Shown one piece after another: positions 50,297-53,989 of a stretch of DNA of 53,989 nt. The translations under genes and the position numbers were made by a program. Source of the stretch: Bacteroidota bacterium (GTDB lineage: Bacteria > Bacteroidota > Rhodothermia > Rhodothermales > Salinibacteraceae). The notes beneath the pieces were generated by a model. It was not told where the DNA came from and made no database searches. It saw only the letters and a program-made list of their open reading frames with translations. The stretch's first letter is position 1. Each line of letters starts with the position of its first letter. The DNA lies in contig JAAAOT010000162.1 in NCBI GenBank assembly GCA_009908725.1, forward strand, positions 1 through 53,989. The letters are read 5' to 3'.

Positions 50297-50974
50297 TTAC
50301 GCGGCACGAGCAAGCCGGCCGGTACGCCGGAGATCGTCTTCGAACTGCGGACGCAGGAGATCTTCCAACTTTTGCCGGGCCCGGTGGAGCCGGACGCGAA
50401 CGTTTACGCGAGTAAGATCAAGCGCCTCCGCCACTTCCTCCGTCGATTTCTCTTCCAGGTCGCGCATCCGAATGACTTCGCGATAAGAGTCGGGCAGCTC
50501 GGCCAGCGCGGCATGCACGAGTTCCTTGCGCTCGGTTCGTTCGGTATGGTGCCGGGGCTCGCCGTCCGCGAGAGAGCTCGCGGAGTCGTCGTGGTGGTTC
50601 ATCCACTCGAGCGTGTGCGACTCAGCGGTTGTATAGCGGTCCTGGTCGCGAAAGTACCGGAAGGCAAGATTCCGGGCGATGCTGCAGAGCCAGGTCGATA
50701 CCTTGGAGTCGCCTCGAAAGCGGTTGATCGATCGGAGCGCCTGGTAGAACGTCTCCTGAAGCAGCTCTTCAGCCACGTCGGTATCCTTCACCATCTTGAG
50801 AAGAAGGCGATAGACGATGCGACGATTCCCGTAGACCCAGCGCTCGATAGCATCCGGTTCGCGGTTGCGGAGGACGCTGAGCTCAGCCCCAGTGGGCTCA
50901 GGAGGCGAATCTGCACCGTCCGAAGGAAATGCACGGGACGAGGAGGAGGGAGAAGAAGACACTTTCTGTAGCAT
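50297..50974 (-). CDS. ECF sigma-70 factor
   Basis: AEELLQETF, FRGDSKVSTWLCSIARN, LPDSYREVI..RDLEE, EEVA, VRVRLHRAR. Confidence 0.92.
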   Translation of the reverse strand: MLQKVSSSPSSSSRAFPSDGADSPPEPTGAELSVLRNREPDAIERWVYGNRRIVYRLLLKMVKDTDVAEELLQETFYQALRSINRFRGDSKVSTWLCSIARNLAFRYFRDQDRYTTAESHTLEWMNHHDDSASSLADGEPRHHTERTERKELVHAALAELPDSYREVIRMRDLEEKSTEEVAEALDLTRVNVRVRLHRARQKLEDLLRPQFEDDLRRTGRLARAA

Positions 50975-51304
50975 GGCAGGGTAGAGCCCGGTGATGGGAA
51001 GTCCGATGGGCACACGGAACGCAGCGTTTGTCTCGCGTTCACTTTGTAACCATGGAGAAGACTATTCCAACCACTCGATCCCCGAATATTTAGATGGTTA
51101 AACCCATTATTTATAGTACTTTATCAGAAACAAGAAACCATGAAGTGATAGGGTCGGATGGGCCCGTGAGCGTCGACATCTCAACGCTGTGACGATATAT
51201 CAACAGTAGATCGGTCGACGATTGGCTGTTGTGGTTGGTTGTTTGCAGCCCGCGTCGAACCCGAACCTGCTTCCCCACCAAACCTCAACCCGACCCCCTA
51301 ACGC

Positions 51305-52582
51305 ATGCCCATGCCCGGTCCCCCGAGCGACAATCCGACGGAGCAGCTGCGGGAGTACGCGCGCCGTCTGGAAATTCTTCGCGAGATCGACGAAGCCATT
51401 CTCGCGGCGGAGTCGCCCTCCGACATTGCCTCGGCCGCTCTCGATCGGCTGCAGGAGTTCGTTCCGTTCATCCGCGCCAGCGTGGTGATCTTTCACTGGG
51501 AACGGGATGAGTCCGAAATTCTGGCCATCTACCAGAAGCACGGCGATACGGAGCTTCGTCCAGGTACGGTGCTCCCCATCAACCAGCTGCCAATCCCGGA
51601 AGAGCTCTTCGACGGAGAGCCCAGTATGGTGGGCGACATCCGGTCGGCACCGTCCACCGACGTGACCCGGCGGCTCCGGCGCGATGAGAATATTCGCTCT
51701 TACGTCTCCTTCCCGCTGATCGCCGAAGAAGAACTCATCGGCATGGTGAACTTCGGGAGTCACGAGCCGGACGTATATGCAGGACAGTGGCGGCACATCA
51801 TCCGCGAGGTGGCCGATCAGCTCGCCATCGCCATCCGGCAGGCGCGCCTCGTGGAGCAGGTGCGCGCCTACTCCGAAAAAATGGAGCAACGGGTGCAGGA
51901 ACGGACCGAAGAGTTGGAATCGTTCACTTACTCGGTGTCGCATGACCTGCGGACGCCTCTGCGGGCGGTGGACGGCTTCTCGCGAATGCTGATGGAGCAG
52001 TACGCCGACGACCTCGACGACGAGGGCCGGCGCCTCGTTCGCATTATCTACGAGAGCACCCAGAAGATGACGCAGCTGATCGACGGGCTGCTCTCTCTGT
52101 CGCGAATCGGCCGACGGGATATGCGCCGGCGCAGCGTCGACGTCGAACAGCTTGCCCAGGAGGCCTTCGAGGAAGCCCGGCAGGGCCACGAGGTATCTGT
52201 GGAGTTTCATATCGGCGACCTTCCCGACGCCTATGCTGATCGGTCCATGCTTCGTCGCGTGTTCGTTAACCTCCTTTCGAACGCCCTGAAGTTCTCGGCC
52301 GACCGGGATCCGGCGCGGATCTCCATCGAAGCCCAAGAATCTGAGACTGGGGAACGCGTCTATGCCATTCGCGACAACGGCGTGGGATTTGATATGGAGT
52401 ACGCCGACAAGCTCTTCGGCGTCTTTCAGCGCCTGCACGACGAGGCATCCTTCGAGGGCACCGGCGTGGGGCTGGCCATCGCCGAGCGGACCATCCGCCG
52501 TCACAACGGCCGGATCTGGGCGGAGGGAGAAGTCGGAGAGGGCGCGACCTTCTCGTTCACGCTTGGAGAGAGGAGTGACTGA
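51305..52582 (+). CDS. Cytoplasmic GAF-domain sensor histidine kinase
   Basis: GAF-like N-region; FTYSVSHDLRTPLR, NLLSNALKF, DNGVGFD, FQRLH, GTGVGLAI, GEGATF. Confidence 0.93.
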   Translation: MPMPGPPSDNPTEQLREYARRLEILREIDEAILAAESPSDIASAALDRLQEFVPFIRASVVIFHWERDESEILAIYQKHGDTELRPGTVLPINQLPIPEELFDGEPSMVGDIRSAPSTDVTRRLRRDENIRSYVSFPLIAEEELIGMVNFGSHEPDVYAGQWRHIIREVADQLAIAIRQARLVEQVRAYSEKMEQRVQERTEELESFTYSVSHDLRTPLRAVDGFSRMLMEQYADDLDDEGRRLVRIIYESTQKMTQLIDGLLSLSRIGRRDMRRRSVDVEQLAQEAFEEARQGHEVSVEFHIGDLPDAYADRSMLRRVFVNLLSNALKFSADRDPARISIEAQESETGERVYAIRDNGVGFDMEYADKLFGVFQRLHDEASFEGTGVGLAIAERTIRRHNGRIWAEGEVGEGATFSFTLGERSD

Positions 52583-52697
52583 GGTCGCCGGATATAAGCA
52601 CGGATACGCCTAGTGTCCGCAATCCGGTCGGTGTAACGGATCGCACCGGCAGGACTCTCACGCGGAGAACCGTCCCCTTTCCCTGCTTTTCCCGAAC

Positions 52698-53156
52698 GTG
52701 ACTCTGCTTGCCCCGGTGAGTACCTGCACGGACATTCTCCTCGTCGAAGACCAGGCATCCGACGCGGAGCTCGCGCTTCATGCTCTGCGAGGGCTCGACC
52801 TCGATCGCGACGTGACCCTCGTGCGCGACGGAGCGGAGGCGCTGGACTTTCTCTTCGCTCGCGGTGCGTACAGCGATCGCGACCCGGACGACCTGCCACG
52901 CTTCGTCCTGCTGGATCTAAAACTCCCGAAAGTGGATGGTCTGCAGGTCCTGGAAGCCATCCGGGCCGACGATCGAACGAGAGATCTCCCGGTCGTCGTC
53001 CTTACATCATCGAAAGAGGCCTGCGACGTCGATCGGTGCTACGAAATGGGCGCAAACAGCTACGTTGTGAAGCCGGTTGACTTTGACAAGTTTACCGACG
53101 CCATCCAAGACATCGGACGCTATTGGCTCGCACATAACATCATCCGCGACCGCTGA
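52698..53156 (+). CDS. Single-domain response regulator (Rcp1-like)
   Basis: ILLVED, LLDLKLPKVDG, VVLTSS, GANSYVVKP. Confidence 0.92.
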   Translation: MTLLAPVSTCTDILLVEDQASDAELALHALRGLDLDRDVTLVRDGAEALDFLFARGAYSDRDPDDLPRFVLLDLKLPKVDGLQVLEAIRADDRTRDLPVVVLTSSKEACDVDRCYEMGANSYVVKPVDFDKFTDAIQDIGRYWLAHNIIRDR

Positions 53157-53170
53157 CGGGTTGGGTTTCG

Positions 53171-53235
53171 GCGTTGAGACGTTGGGCGTTGAGACGTTGG
53201 GACGGTCCGGCGTGGGACGGTCCGGCGTGGGACGG
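53171..53235. repeat. Two adjacent 15-bp tandem duplications
   Basis: (GCGTTGAGACGTTGG)x2 then (GACGGTCCGGCGTGG)x2; related to the fabH-fabD repeat unit. Confidence 0.85.
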
Positions 53236-53483
53236 TTCGTTTTCGGCAGCAGGTCCCCCTTTTCCGTCTCGCCAAGCCGCCGTCTGGCCCTTTCCCCGCC
53301 TCTTCGTTTGATCGACTACGCAGCACCGCGCCACGGCCCGGCAGACCGACGACAGGGCTGTGTACGTGGTGCATACCAGCCGTCGTCCCTCCCTCCGGCC
53401 ATACGGAGGAAGCGGCCGTTCCACTTCTCCATCCTCGTGCCTATCTTTCAAGCAGCCCCCTAAGATAGAGGTCTCGACGCACC

Positions 53484-53989
53484 ATGGAGTCTGCCATCGA
53501 TCCAAGTCCAGATGTCGAACGTCTGCCCGACCGTGATGAGCCCCTCCAAATCCTCATGCTGGAGGACGTCGCGACGGACGCGGAGCTCATCCGGGCGGAA
53601 TTGGAGAGCGAAGACATTGCGTTCGATGCGCGCCGCGTTACGGCTCGAGACGGGTTCGCGTTGGCCCTGGAGGCCGGCGACCTGGACCTGATCCTCGTCG
53701 ACTACAATCTCCCGGCCTTCGACGGGATGGAAGCGCTGGAGATGGCGCTGGAGCACCGTCCTACGGTGCCGGTCGTGTTCGTGTCCGGCGCCATTGGGGA
53801 GGAACGCGCCATCGAAACGCTTAAGCAGGGAGCCACCGACTATGTTCTAAAGGACAAACTCTCCCGGCTCGGGCCAGCGGTGAAGCGGGCCTTGCGCGAG
53901 GCGCAGGAGCGGCGCTCCCGTCGCGAGGCCGAGGACGCACTTCGACGCGCCAACGAACGTCTCGAGCAGAAAGTCGAATCGCGCACCAC
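53484..53989 (+). CDS. Receiver-domain signalling protein (likely hybrid kinase), truncated by the window end
   Basis: Manual translation: ILMLEDVATDAELI...LILVDYNLPAFDG...VFVSGAIGEERAIETLKQGATDYVLKD, followed by a coiled coil. Confidence 0.88.
   Translation, partial: MESAIDPSPDVERLPDRDEPLQILMLEDVATDAELIRAELESEDIAFDARRVTARDGFALALEAGDLDLILVDYNLPAFDGMEALEMALEHRPTVPVVFVSGAIGEERAIETLKQGATDYVLKDKLSRLGPAVKRALREAQERRSRREAEDALRRANERLEQKVESRT

Noticed and set aside
51305-53989. Bacteriophytochrome (Cph1/Rcp1) light-sensing system
   Set aside because: The kinase core and regulator are of that type, but there is no PAS-GAF-PHY module or bilin-binding motif; treated as an ordinary signalling cluster.

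Overview
GC-rich bacterial chromosome segment, most likely from a halophilic Rhodothermota (Salinibacteraceae-like). This is inferred from the acidic proteins, the Bacteroidota-type rpoZ and the rplM-rpsI-rpsB-tsf-pyrH-frr gene order. The window spans the probable replication origin: a DnaA-box cluster at ~29.5-29.7 kb lies between a leftward yceD-rpmF-plsX-fabH-fabD-(lipoprotein)-fabG block and a rightward dnaA-dnaN...rplM-rpsI-rpsB-tsf-pyrH-frr-tRNA-Ser-yicC-gmk-rpoZ-coaBC-udg-dnaB block. The left 17 kb is accessory and holds the most interesting locus. A membrane Ser/Thr kinase with TPRs and a phosphorylation-type (ECF43-like) sigma factor sit divergently from two tandem lipoprotein genes, each with a cholesterol-dependent-cytolysin-like (CDCL) pore-forming core. 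One CDCL ends in seven FG-GAP repeats, the other in a C2-like domain. A shared ECF-like promoter motif (TGAYCGGT-N15-TGCGTY) lies upstream of both the kinase and the second toxin gene, and part of it lies upstream of the first. Other notable items are a family-4 UDG lacking the Fe-S cysteines, DnaB with an SSB-like acidic PF tail, S2 with a ~70-aa polyacidic N-terminus, recurrent 7/8-mer repeat patches after stop codons, and two frameshifted genes. All family calls come from motif recognition by eye; no database searches were run.
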